Positions 48,737 to 62,168 of a stretch of DNA of 64,000 bases are shown piece after piece. A model generated the notes under the pieces. It was given only the letters and a program-made list of their open reading frames with translations, ran no database searches and was not told where the DNA came from. The translations under genes were made by a program, and so were the position numbers. Positions within the stretch are counted from its first letter, which is position 1; each line of letters begins with the position of its first letter. Source of the stretch: Zygnema circumcarinatum SAG 698-1b (Eukaryota > Plantae > Zygnematophyceae); assembly GCA_037447605.1 (NCBI GenBank), contig CM074809.1, positions 3,338,689 through 3,402,688 of the forward strand, given 5' to 3'.

Positions 48737-51710
48737 ATGGCTGCGGAGGGCGTTTCTCAGCAGCAGGGTGCTCCTGGTGCTCTTGTTCACTGCGGAACTG
48801 ATCATGGATTCAATGCGTTGGACGATGATGAGCTCGATGCATGGCTCGCTGATGATTCTGCGGATGACGATGGTGACACGCATGACATGAACTCACAGCA
48901 ATTAGCCTTTCCAAACCATGGCGTAGACAATCGCTCTCCGTTTGGAAGCGAAGGTAATGACAGAAAACCGAAAATTCAGGAGCTAAATGGGGCGACAGTG
49001 GCTGCTGCATCCGTTCCTCCGACTCGCAAGGTGAATGGCCTTGTTTGGCAGCAACCTCCCACCATTTTGAAACAGCCACCGAACACTGTTCATGCCCCTC
49101 GTGCTCATGTCAAACTCGAGGCGCCTGGTATACCTTCTGAGGATTCGAAGAATTTGGCAACAGCCGATGATTCCAAGAATGGTCTGAGTGAAGTAAGGAA
49201 CGGAGAGCAGCTGGTGAGCAAGGAACTGAGTAGCAAGCCCCTTGGTCCACAGCCAAAGCAGAATCCCGGAGAGCATTTCTTTCCGGCTGTTGAGGAGAAG
49301 TTTAAGCGATTGAACAAACCGAGGATAAGAGACCTGATCGAACATGGAGTGTTTCAAGAAGGTGATACTCGCATAACCGCCCCCAAGCTGGCCCCCAATT
49401 TGCTTGCTCTCCATTCTTAACGATGTCCGCTCCTCCCTCAGTTTCAGTTAAACAGCATTCCCGTAATGGAGCCGGAACGGGGAGCATGATTGGCCTTCCG
49501 CTTGCAGAAACAAATGAACTTGTTCTGTATCCCAGTTTCAGGAAATAAGAAAGAGTCTGTAGAATCACGTTATTTATAACATAGCTGAGCATACTGCCAT
49601 CCGGCATGCTTTTCACTGGAGGCATTTTTTTTTTAACGAGTGAACTGAACGAACAGTCATACCTTTTGAAGGTGGTTTCACTTCTCTTGTTGAAAGCTCA
49701 AGTTATTAAAGTGTTTGCTCAGTTCCAAACGCCAATAAATAAGACGAGGCATGCATGTCAATCTTCACCTTCACCCCTTCACTCTTGCCTCCCAACTGTA
49801 GCGCTCGTGACTATCATGTCTATTCATCCCCCCCCCCCCCCCCCCCCCCCCCCCNNNNNNNNNNCCCCCCCCCCCCCCCCCTCCCCCCATTCTATTCAGG
49901 TGACAGGTTGAATTATCGTTCTCGCATTGACGACCGGGACTTTCCGTGCAGCGTCACAGTTCAAGTGCTCGACTTTGACAAGCGCCTGATTGTCAATCTT
50001 GCCGAGTTACCGTTGCTGCTTGAAAAAGTTCCTTTTCTGATGAAGCAACAGGAGGCAGGTGTGAGGGGTATAGCATTCATACCTTTGCCGAATGCGAGAG
50101 CTCCTGTTCAGCTGCTAATGTCGGTCAGCTTCTTTAAGCTGCTCGCTCTTTGGTATCAGGAGGATTTCAGGGACGAATTTCGATTTAAGTCCGATCAACA
50201 TGCATACGATGATAAGGACTTGGTGGTTGTGAAGATGCGAGGTTTAGTGCTACCAGAGCCGATACCGTTAAAGGCTATCCGAGATCAGTTTGCCGAAGAT
50301 TCTGAGTGGGACTTTGACCAAGGCATGTGTGGTTGTCGACCTCCGCATTCTAAACCAGAATTGAGATCGAAGATGCAGCGGTCTGACAGTAATGGCACGA
50401 CGAGACCTCCACCTGGAGAGCTGCAAGCTTTAGGGAGAAGTCCTTCAGCTAAAAATAATCGCGGGACTACTCTTACTCGACCACTTATTGAAGATGATAA
50501 GTGTAGAATAGAAGGAGGGGCAGGGAGGCTTGCAGAAGCTTGCAGCTCTTCAGCTGCAATTGGATTGCCTATGATGCAGTTTCCATTATTGTGGACAAAA
50601 CCTTCGATTGCAGACATCGCTGAATTACGTAAAATTTCACAGGAGGGACAGGTACTGAGTGTGTTAGGAGATATGGAAAATGGGAGCAGTGAGCTAAGGA
50701 AGAGAATCAAGACAGAAGACTTTAGAGAATGGCTTCAAGCAAACCCGTTACAACCTGAAGCAGGTCGGTTGAGCATTCTGGAAAATCTCTCAAGCAGGTC
50801 TACTTTGAATGGCAACACGTTTGGCTCGTCTGCGGGAAACAATGCGTTGGATGAGGAAACTGTGATGAGCAGTGGAATGCGTGAGAAATCGAATGCTCTT
50901 ATTCAGTTAGGTAAAGCCATTGCTCCTTTATAATGCGAAACATCAACTGCTTATGCTTTAACAGTGATAGATTCCCGTAGAGCAATGCCATTACACTTGT
51001 CGTTTGTACCATGGAACTTGCAGAAACTATTCAGCAGCAGCAGCAGCACTATTGTTACTATGTACCGTGGGACAGATGAACCTATCTGATGTCGATAACT
51101 TGTATCCGATCTTTTGTGTGCAGAGAAACCGGCTTCGACTTTTTCCTTTAACCCGGACCAGTTTTTCCAGAAAGTAAGGTCCCCAGTATTCATTGAAAAG
51201 GTGCAACAAGCGATGAGTGCGAGCATAGACACGGATGGGTCTGTTCCTCGCGGGGAAACCAAACGGCGAGAAGTGGAGAGGGTGATGTCCATTGAGAATG
51301 TAAAGAACCTTCTCGCCTCTTGGGATGCCCGAAAGAGAACTCCTGCTGATTTGAATAGGATGGTGACTAGTCTCTGCACTCATGAAACCACGAGGAATGC
51401 CATGCAGCGACAGTTTCAAGCAGCAGCTAGAACACTCGCTAGGGTTGACAATTACGCTGAGGTGCGGACACACCTACTGAAGCTTGTCCTCATTGTAGGA
51501 GATGACAAGAAGTATGTGGGAATGTATGCGGCGGAGGCAGTGCTTAGTGCTTGCCAGAGAAGTGCAAACATAAAGACGGGGATGCAGAAGGATCAGGCAG
51601 CAAAGGAGGTGCTGAAGAATTTGAGGTCAAGATTTGGGCCCCGGCGCGAAAAAATGAATGCAAAGGCCGGCGATTTGCTGGTGCATACGATTTTGGGGAA
51701 AGTGAAGTGA
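48737..51710 (+). CDS. Uncharacterised ~745-aa protein with a RAMA/TDBD-like motif and a helical basic C-terminal domain (exons 48737-49361, 49900-50910, 51125-51710)
   Basis: Three long ORFs join in frame through phase-1 GT-AG introns. PRIRDLIEHGVFQEGDRLNYR spans the first junction. Confidence 0.7.
49827..49881. repeat. Poly(C) tract containing an N gap, in intron 1 of the unknown gene
   Basis: Direct reading; true length unknown. Confidence 0.9.
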
Positions 51711-53156
51711 TGCGAAGGGTTCTTATTTGGTGTCGAATTCAGTTTTGAAGGGCAGTGTGCTTTGAGGCTCAAAGCAGGCCCAGTCTGTGTACATACAAGC
51801 TGCTCAGGGGGAAAATCTTCTCAGCCTAGTGCGGAAGCAGCAGGTGCAGGAGAGTCCCCTCACAATAAAGATGGTGTCATTTTTTGGCAGATAGGCACCA
51901 AAGGAAACGTAGGAGAGAGTTCATATGCGACCAAGATAGTGAGGGAAGAGCGTACGGGTTAGGGATTAGTGTCAGGGGTTTAGGGTTAGGGTTAAGGGCC
52001 GGAAACTGTCACCCTCGTGTCTGGTAGGAACTTGTTGTTGGCTTTAGAGAGTTTCTGAACCCTAGTTTTTTTTTTTTTCTTCTTCTTCGTCTTTTTGTGG
52101 TTTTGTCATGGCATTTCGTGCCAGGAGTTGACCATTTTCCTCCCGTAGCTGCACACCGGGCACTCGAATGAAAGCGAAAATCTGTGAGACGTTTCTTGCG
52201 ATAGAAAGTTGTGCTGAGATTTCATAGGCGTTTAACTGGGGCAAGGCCTCCATAACTTTCTAGGAGGGGTTTGGGCGGAGAGTGGGCGAGAGTGTGTGTG
52301 CAAGTGAGCATAAAAAGGAACTCAGTTGATTTTTGTTGACTTTTTTCGCTGTTCTGAGCTCGTCCCCGTGGAAACAAAAGTTATTGATTTTGAATGTTGC
52401 GAGTGGTTCCTTCCGAAGTCGAAAGTTTTAATTTCTTGATAGACACGGTGTGTCCAATGTGACAGTGACCATGTTGGCTCGGCGATGGCTTAGTCACTGG
52501 TGACACGTGGTGCGGAAATTTTTTGTTTCCATTGGTTGAACCAATCCTAGTAACTAACTCATATGATGAGAATACTGTCTTCAAAAAAACTAAAGCCATG
52601 CAAAGAAGTCAGAGGTACTCTCGCAATGGTTACTTGGTCGGATAATTCGTAGCTTAGTTCGCAAGTCAGTGTGTTTTTTCTACAACATGCATTGCATTTG
52701 ACTATACATGACATGGCTGCTTCATTTCTCCCAGTTCACCCTCGCAAAAGCAGTTAGCGTTCAGGACAGCTTTAACCTGCTGTGTCCTCTGCTTTTTGCG
52801 AACATGCGGCCTTTTACTGCAAGTTGTGACCCTCCAAACCCTCTGAGAAAACAGAGGCCTGCTTTCTTCAGAGATCAGTATCCCTGCTCGAATCAGCTCG
52901 GGACCTCGAAATTGCACAGGATGTTTGGTTCTTAACAAAGCAGTGTTCTAGCTCCAGTGAAAGTCATCGAGTTGGGTTAAGGCAAATCAAGGCAAGCATG
53001 TCCACCTCTCCTCTCGCCTTTGGTACTAACACATGAAGCATCGACAGAAAAACGTCAACTTGCAATAAGCAAACACGCGAGGCAAAGTGATCGTGTACAA
53101 CATTAAATGATAACAACATTAAATATTGAATGTTACACTGTTATACCTGCGCATGC

Positions 53157-55990
53157 CTAGTTGAAGTCATCCCTTCTCTCCCCAGGCGATTGCCACGGTT
53201 TGAGGCCCCGAATCGCCCCTTTGCTGCAGATTTGATTTGCATATCGTAACAGTGGCTTTTCAGGCTGTGACATTAGACGGGTCAACATTTCTAGCAACTT
53301 CTCAGACTTGGAGATTTCGTGAAGAATGGTAATGGGATCTGTTATGGCGCGGCACGAAGTCAGAAGCCTCGGCCAAAGCGTGCATGGAGTTCCTCGATTC
53401 GCTTGCTGCATGAAGTCTTCAATTCGGATAGGCTCTTGCTGGCTGTATCAGATAAAGGACATATAAATCAGAGTTAAAAACACGCAGCCAATTCTGCACC
53501 CGCAAAATCTAGCCAGGAAGAGCTCACTTGCATCCCTTACTCCAGTCTTAGAACTTCTGGCCGACTCTTCGGAATGGTTGTTCCAAAAGCCTATCTCTTT
53601 GCGCGTTTCCGTATAGTACATGACACATATTCTTACAAGAATGCAAGTGTGGAGTGAAAAATCTACTAAAGGAACGTCTTGCAACCATTCCACTACATTC
53701 AAGAATGCAACTGCCTCCAGGTTTGTTTCTAGCTTAACTGGTCAAGCAGATTCAGAATTAGTAGGATTGGAAAGGAGCTTGGTGCTTGCATATAGGTGAA
53801 CAGGAGTCTCGTATTCGTGCAAACTTACTTGAGTTTCCTGCTGACTGCAACTTTGACATTATTTGGATTGAAAACTCCTGCAAAGGGGAGGAGTACGAAG
53901 CCAACAAAACAGGTTACAACCAATAGAGGATGCATATCCTAGGCTCATCAGAAGCGAAGATGTGAAAGTAAAGGTCATCTGGATATTGTGTTGGACTGGT
54001 TACAACGTTTGTCATCCAAACTGGAGGTTATCAAGTGTTTTCAACGCAATGAAATTCACCTTGAGCCTAAGCGAAACAACCACACGCCGTAACTAAGAGT
54101 TTATTCAGGGGCTGTGGTAAGCATAACAAGGAAAACATGACGAGCAGAGAAATCCCTCCCCTGCTTTTGCCCACTTCACCTTTACTTCTTGCTGATCTTC
54201 TTGCGCATCTGCCACAAAAGATTTTGCCTCGTTTTCCACTTCGTCACAAAGTTTCGAGCAATTTTGCAGTTCAAACTGTAATGCAAACAAGGAAGTATCG
54301 GACGTATGAATGGACTTCTTGTGCGTTGACTTAGTGACGTGAACACCAAGGACGAACGACGGGAAGAAAAAGAGAAGACATTTAAGAAGGATACGAACAT
54401 ACGCAGTGTGAGTAAAACGACGAGAACATTTCAGCTGCGGACAAGCGCTAGAGTTATGCCAAAGACAGTCGCTTTATGAATGGAAATCGCCATGTCGAGC
54501 ACATACACTCCGACTAGCATTCTGTTTCGACGCCAAGAGAAACCAGACATTTACCTTTAGTCTCTTCTTCAGTCTGGCAGTGGATGCATCCAACTCTGCG
54601 TGTGGAAGAAAAAAACCAGTCACTTAACAGAAAATGCAAACAGTCAGACGCAGCCCGGCGCATTCTGGCACAATCATCAAAACAGAACTTTGCCGAAGGT
54701 CGATTTCTGAACGTTCATCTGAGGGAATTGCGTAACTCTGAAGTGAGTTTCTTCCTTCAATGCACTCTGCTATCCTCTGGCTATCAGTTACGAACATATC
54801 ATTCCAGTTGCCGCGTTGCGTATTTCGTGCATAGAGAAGGCAGATGAAACGAAGGAAGACAAGTTCGATTGAACTGGAATTATAAATTTACAGAGAGTCA
54901 AGTCAGAAAAATTCCAACTGTTTTATGAATCCTGTTCACCTTTCAACGCTGCATGATTCAGGTGTTCAACTTCTTCCTGCAGTGCTTCCAAGCGAGTTTT
55001 CACCATCGATGCAACCTCACTGAGCTCGTCTTCTGCTTTTCTTGACGACTTAACGAGAGGGAAGCGCCTCGAATGCCTGCTTTTGACATCCTTCAGAGCA
55101 GGACTCACACACAAGTCAGAAATAACGTCGATATCAGAACGCCCTGTCACATCAGCATTCGAAGTAACACCCAACCTCCGCCTTTTTCCAACCATATTCT
55201 CTGACTTCTCCGTCCAAGACAGTGACAAAGGTTCTCAAAGATGCGGTGGTCAGCAATCTTATTGATCGACAGGCTGCAATGCTAAAAGATATCGACAAAG
55301 AGCAAATAATGCAGCGCAAATGCTCCGGCGATCGCTTGCAAGCAGATATCTGCAGTTCGCCCTCTTGGAAGTTTGAAGCTTTCAAACGAACGATTTGAAG
55401 CCGCGCGCGAGCTCCAAGCCGGAGGGGACTTTTCGTACAATCCATGCAGCGGGGAGTACGAAACCGTACAATCATATGTACGGCCACCCAATTGGCCTGC
55501 CATTAGAAACGAATCCATTGCTAAGATTATCCAATAGCATGTACCCACGTGTTCCATTTGTACACGTGGTAGAATCTCATTGGGTGAAATTATGCATTTG
55601 AAAAAAATTACGAATCCTAAAGTTGTGGAGATCAACTATGAAAATATCACCTCCGAGGCAAAAAAAAAGCTGATCTTCAGATCTACCGTACCTGGCAGTG
55701 GAACTCCGACTACTATCCTACTGCACCTCGGCTTTGATGCCGAACCTGTAATCTGAAGGAATGACTCCATCCGACGGCCACGAGCCTCCGCCGAACCACT
55801 TCCAAACCTGGCGGCTGGAATGGGCAGTCAGTTCCAGGCCCTCCAAGTCAGTGAAAAAGTTCAAGGCGTTCAAGCTAGTGGTGGATCCTCAAGGTGACGA
55901 TCGGAGCAGGTTAAAGAGTGGCAGATCAATGAGATCAACAAAAGGGCATGTACGGTTGAACTGGCGTTCAATGAAATTGCTAAGTTTTGA
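53157..55990 (-). CDS. Unidentified multi-exon gene with coiled-coil-like segments; boundaries uncertain
   Basis: Minus-strand GTAAG/GTGAG donors and (Y)nCAG acceptors flank coding-like pieces such as ELSEVASMVKTRLEALQEEVEHL and LETNLEAVAFLNVVEWLQDVPLVDFSLHTCIL. A full model could not be assembled. Confidence 0.45.
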
Positions 55991-56391
55991 AAGCTGCTTT
56001 TGCTGAAAAGCGAGTTTGGAAAAATTCATAGCAGCTGGCGGACTGTCATTTGGAGATAGGCAAAAAAGTTGCCAAAAGGAGGGCCTAATTCCGAACTGAC
56101 TGAACAGAACTTTTGTATTTCAACCTTGCCTTTGTTCCTTGTTATCTCTAAGCAGGCAGAGACAGAGGAGGAGTAAAATGAATAGCTGCTGCTTCAGGAC
56201 TCCGCCATTGGTGCACAAGTGCCCAAGGCTTGTAAGCCAACAGGTGTGCATGTTAGCGAGCCAAAGCCAAGCTCAATGAAACTATTAACGAAACAGATGC
56301 GCTTATCAAACTCCTCCACTTCATGTGAATAGAGAGAGCGTGCAGAAAAGGGAGGGAGGGAACAATAAGCAGCAGCAGCAACAGCAGCAGC

Positions 56392-59300
56392 ATGGTGAGC
56401 CAGTTCAAGTTGCCGCTACCGAGGGCGATTGGTAAAGGGAGAAAGTTGTTTTCAGGAGCGCTGCTGGCTGGCGGTGTCATTGCTCTCTTTCTTCTTCTTA
56501 ATCTGCTCTTTCCGCTGGAAAGCCTTCGGGGTAATACTATAACCGGGGATGATCTTCTCCTTACCAAGGGCGTATCTCCTGTTGAGCCCTTGAAACCGTT
56601 TCGATATTGTAGAAGAAACTACACGAATTTCTTGCCCTGTCAAGATTCAGCTATAGCAATAAACTTTCCTAAAGAAAGAAATCAATTTCGAGAGAGGCAT
56701 TGTCCCAAACAAAACAACCGCCTTCGCTGTTTGATCCCTTCTCCCATTGGCTACAAAAAGCCGGTGTCGTGGCCTACAAGTAAAGAGCAGGTGATTACTC
56801 CGTTGCCTGCAACCTTCAGATGCTTCTTCGCTTGCCTCAAATGTTTCGTCTACTTCTGCAACCAGCTCTTGGGTGACCGTCTTCTAGACATTGTCCAGTG
56901 GGCTTTCTCTAGAGCTACTTCCATAACTGGGAGCTTCTGATTGTAGCCTATAAAATAGACGAACAATGCTAGTGAAAGTCAAACGAGTCTTGTATCGTAG
57001 AGAGAGTAATGCACTTAGGACAATTCTTACAGCAAGTACAAAGTAAAAAATCCTTACAAGGCAGCTACCATGTCTGTGAATGAGTTGGGGAAACCAGCTC
57101 TTTTCTTTTTTGACAACCAGTTATTCCTTACAAACTTGCTTAGCAGCGAATAGTTTTATTGAACCCCTTGGTCATAGCTTGCTTATCATTGGCCTTTGTG
57201 CAGATATGTACAGGACAGTCAACTATACAATTTGTAGAGTTGTACGTGGACCTCCATACGATATAAAAATCTAGTAAAATTTTTAAACTGATGTATTGGT
57301 TGTGTGGCCATGGCAGATATGGAAAGTGAACATCCCACACACAGTCATTTTTGAGAACAATTTGACAAAAGGATGGATGAGCCAAAAGGATGACAAGTGG
57401 ACCTTTGAAGGTTTTGGAACCATGTTTCCGAGGGGCATAAAGAAGTACCTTGAACGCCTGGAGAAGTATATCCCTCTCAATAACGGCAAGATTCGGACAG
57501 CCTTAGACATTGGCTGTGGTGTAAGTGCTTTATTTTTTCTCCTGGGCTTCGTCGACATAATAGTTATTGAACTTTGCAATATAGATCCTGAAGAAGCTCA
57601 GCATACGTATAAAATTCAAAAAAATGCAAATTAATTTGTATGCACTTCCAGAAATGACAGCTGTCTCGCTTTTACATTTGGTTGCTCATTCAGCTTTTGC
57701 GGCATAATAGTGTGAGCCATTTAGAATCATTCCTACAATGCTGCCTGAATCATTTATTGTCATCTGCTTTCTGTGGCCCTCAACAAGCTCAGCTACAAAT
57801 CCTGAAGGGCAGTCAGTACTTACAACATTGTCATCTCAAAGTGAGCTTTGCTAGACAAGGGTTCTCGCGCACACTTGATTGTTGTGTACCCTGTGGCGTT
57901 TCAGGTCGGTACATTTGGAGCTGCTTTGTTCGACTACGATATTTTGACAATGTCGATTGCTCCGAAGGACCGAAATAGGGGGCAAATTGAGTTTGCTTCC
58001 GAGAGGGGCATTCCTGCCTTGGTCTCTCTCCTTGCTACTCAGAGGCTCCCATTTCCAAGTCGGGCCTTTGACCTAGTCCAGTGTGCACGGTGCAATGTCG
58101 ACTTTTTGGAAAATGGTAAGACAATGCTTTTATTAAAAAAATAAAATCGTATACATTGGTAGGACAGATCCACGTCCCTTTGAATCTGTTTACTAAATTC
58201 AAAAGCACAATGGGGCTGTTGCATATCAAGGAGAGTCTACATAAGCTTAAGGTTTTGTCCTGCTGTACCTTAGCGCTTTTTGTGGCTCTTGTCCTTTTCT
58301 GACTTTGTATGCAGTGGACCGTTGTCGTAAGTGTGGGTTTTCCCTGTTTGATGCTGCAAGTCCAATTGTGCCGCATGTCCTCAGAACTTATGCGTCATCT
58401 GAGCATTCAGACAGGCGATTTGTATTGAACCTGGAAGAGGAGTTTGCAACTAAGGCAGTGGGTTCTTTCAGCAATTATTTCAAAATCCTTTTTGATTATT
58501 CTTTGAGCTACGCTCTACTCGTGTGCTTTTTCAGGAGGAGTTTACCTGCTGGAAGTTGAGCGTTTACTTCGACCAAATGGCTACTTTGTGCTGGGGGGCC
58601 CGCCAGTGAATTGGGAGGGGCTTGAAGAGAGTTGGTCGGAATTAGCAGCGTTAGCCCAGAGAATGTGCTGGAACGTTGTTGCTATTGATGGCAATGTTGC
58701 AGTCTGGCAGAAGCCTAAAGACCATAAGTGCCTTCTCAGGCGGACGCGCAACCGAACACCTTCGTTCTGCACTGCCTACGCTGATCCTGACCATGCCTGG
58801 TGAGAGAGAGAACTCAATCACAATTCAAACTCCAATGTCTGGGTACGCTGAAGTCATTGGATTGTTGCCTTTGCTGAAGATATAGATAAGCCAACTGTAA
58901 GTGGCGTCTCGTTTCGATATTATTTTCTTGTACTGTATGTAAGTGGCGAGAAATCTGTACCTCGCCGATGTGTCCTGAATTTGCACAGATGGCTGAGCGG
59001 AATTATATCGTCTGGAACTTAAAACTTGAAGCTCTACACCCGAGAATATCTGCAACCTTCCATTCTCTCCATGCTTTTTGATATGGCTTTGCTTCTCACC
59101 ACACGCATTCGCTTGACAGTCCATTTCACACGGCAATGGTCCCGCAGGAAGAGAAGACTCCGCCCCTGCATCTCGCGGATGCCCAACCTGAAAGACATAA
59201 AGGCATGGCCTGTTCGCCTGCTTGCTCCGCCGATTCGATTTCCCGTGTTTCCAACTTTTGTCAAATCGGGTCGGGCCAATAAGAGCCTGGAGGCCGGAGA

Positions 59301-60973
59301 TCCAGTCTCAGCTGTCACGGAAGAAGGTGAGCAACAAGAAGGAGATGGCGAACGTAGTTCTCAGATTACGGAAATGGATGAAGAGGCAGAGGACGCGAGT
59401 GATACAGATACAGTTGTGGAGGAAGGGAGTGGTAAAACAGGCACGGTTACTATGAAGGAAGGTGGGAGTGGAGAAGGAAGTGCAGCAGATGAAGTTGACG
59501 CAAGTAAAGATGACGGGACAGTTGATGAACAAGTTGGCTCGCAAGCAGATGATCCAAATAGTGCTGAAAGGAAGGAAATAGAAGAGTCTGAAATGGAAGG
59601 TGCTAGGAGAGGGCTACTTTCGGCGCCTGAAGCAAGCGAAGCATTCACAACATTTGAAGTGTCTGAAACGAAATTGAAAAAAAGTGAGAAACTTTCATCA
59701 AAGAAAAAGGCATATTCGCGCAAGGCTGTCAAGATAAAGGCTCTCGGCCCAGTCACTGCGGCTGAAATCATAAGCTTTACTAAAGACACAAACCGTTGGC
59801 GTAAGCGGATAAAGCACTTGAGGAAAGTAGTCCTCACAAAGCTTGGAAGAGGAGTTTTCCGCAACATCCTTGACATGAACGCCGGCCTTGGAGGTTTTGC
59901 TGCAAATCTAGTGGGCTACCCTGTGTGGGTAATGAATGTGGTGCCCATAACGGAGCCGAATACACTGCCAGTGATTTATGACCGAGGCCTCCTTGGAGTC
60001 ATGCATGACTGGTAAGCTTATGACGCATTTCCCACCTTAAGCAACTTCGCAAGTGATTACTGCTATTATATAGTTTCACTCGAAGTCATAACTGGCAGGT
60101 TGCGGTACGTATGCATTCAGGCAGATAGTCGAGTAGGGCTTGGCATGAGAATTCACACTTTAGGTAATGTTGGATCTGTAGCTGGTATGGAAGACGAGTA
60201 TACGCTGGCCAAGTAGAGGGCTTGGTTTTTAGATCAGTGGGCAATATGGCATAAAATTTTCATGTTTCAAGACCTAATTTTCGCTCTGAATACTGTACGC
60301 AGGAGTTTGCCAGCTTGAAGCTTTTTCAGCTGAGTTGTATTTATCAGGGCTGTAGATCAGACTTTCTCACAACAGAGAAAGGCATGCTTTAGTCAGGATT
60401 TGTCTGTTTGAGCTCGAACAACAATAGCTGCCATTTGTTTAACCTAATTTAGAGTGTTGCTTGTCTCCTTGGACCTCTTGTCTCAGGTGTGAAGCTTTCT
60501 CAGCCTATCCCCGGACCTACGATGTTATTCATGCCACAAACTTTCAGCGATTTATCATTGCTCCTAAAAGGTATGGAAGTTCCTTATAACGCATCAAAAT
60601 TTGTTGCATATGTGGAGGGAAGGGGTGTGGGGGGAAGGGGAACAGAGCCCAAGCTATGCTCCATACTGAGCATATCCTGTAATGTCTGCTGTCTCTGGCA
60701 GCCTTTTCCCAATCCTTTGAAACTTTCTGAATCCTTTTTCCTATGTTGCCAATTGTTTTTAGGTGCAACATTCTTGATGTAGTGATTGAGATGGATCGCA
60801 TCCTTCGACCTGGTGGTAAAGTGATCATAAGGGACTCGGCTCGAAGTTTGGTCAAAGTGGTCAAAGTTGCCAAGGCAGTGAGGTGGCAAGTGGACGTAGT
60901 TCCTTCAGAGGATGGGCCGGAAGGGAAGGAGCTTCTGATTATTGCAAGCAAGCCCTTCTTGAAACAAACATGA
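56392..60973 (+). CDS. Golgi SAM-dependent methyltransferase, PMT/DUF248 family (multi-exon)
   Basis: N-terminal [99 protein letters not shown] and [10 protein letters not shown]. Confidence 0.95.
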
Positions 60974-62168
60974 AGGAAAGGAGGAGGCTCTCAATAAGGG
61001 AGCCGGATACTTTGACATTGGCTCAACTAATATAACTTCAACCATGGTCAAATTCGAGGCGGAAGTTTCTGTAGGTTATCTGATTTGTGGCAGCAAGATA
61101 TTGATGGGTTTACTTAGGAGGAGTGCGTGTCTTTGTGGACTGCCAATGGGCATTTGATGTCTCTGAAGTGCACAGCTGTTCTTCAGGCTACGGTAGGCTC
61201 TGGATTGTTCCTGTCTCACTTTTTCAGTAAGGATTAGGTTTTTTCGGTGGCTTTCTTGGTGATGTCTGGTTACTGTACTGTGGCTAGCGTTGAGCACAAG
61301 GGTTTGATTTAAAAACCCATTTTATGCAGAGTAAATTTGAGTGCGTCTGCCCACCCTTCAGATTTTATTCAGAATAAACGTTAAGAGAAAGAAAATTTGT
61401 GAACCCGGTTGGATCGATAATTCAAAATCAAATTACGTTGGCACGGGTGGCCATCCCTAGTGCCCACTTGGCATTTGGGTTCAACCACCCGCCATAGAAA
61501 GGCCCTGCCATGTTATGACATGTCATGGTGCCATGTCGTGGCATCGTACCCATGCCATGCCATGCCATGCCATGTCACGCCACATGCAGAGTCTGAGTGC
61601 ATCCTTCCATAAAACCCTTGGGCAGTGGGGGGTGCCAATCTTACAGAAACGCTATTAAAAAACTTGGCAACTTGCCATTGGCTAGGGTTGGCAACTTCCG
61701 CCAAACGATGGTTCAAACCGTTGCCAATGGCTGGCTGGGTTTGCCATTCAACTGTTCCAACCATTTGCAGTGGTAGTCAAGCACATACGCAAGCAATGGC
61801 TGGCAACACTGGAAACTCACTCGCAATTAGTCCGCCATTCAATGGTTCTAACCAGCTGCGATGGTTGCCAACCATTGGCCACTGGCCATTGGTTGGTTCC
61901 TGTTGTGGCGATCGGAGTCGCCCTTTCGACCTTATTTGGGTCTCGAACCAAGCACCTCCAACTGCTCGCTACGTGTGCAGCTTGTACACGTGGCGAGGTG
62001 TTACTGGAGGACACTTGCCACGTGTGCAGCGTGTACACGTGATAAAAGTGTTATTGAAGGATGCTCGGGTAAAGTTCGCAATATGGCCCTGTATGCCTTC
62101 AGAGGTCTCTCTCCAATGCAGCATCAATAGCAGCTTACAGGAGGTTTTAGGTTCTTTGAGCAGAGATT

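Noticed and set aside
52062-52253. 63-aa minus-strand ORF as a gene
   Set aside because: No recognisable homology; its KDEEEEKKKN end comes from a T-rich tract better explained as a plus-strand intron.
54386-54394. Minus-strand GTATCCTT as a U12 GT-AG donor
   Set aside because: A good U2 donor (GTATGT) lies just upstream and no TCCTTAAC branch point was seen.
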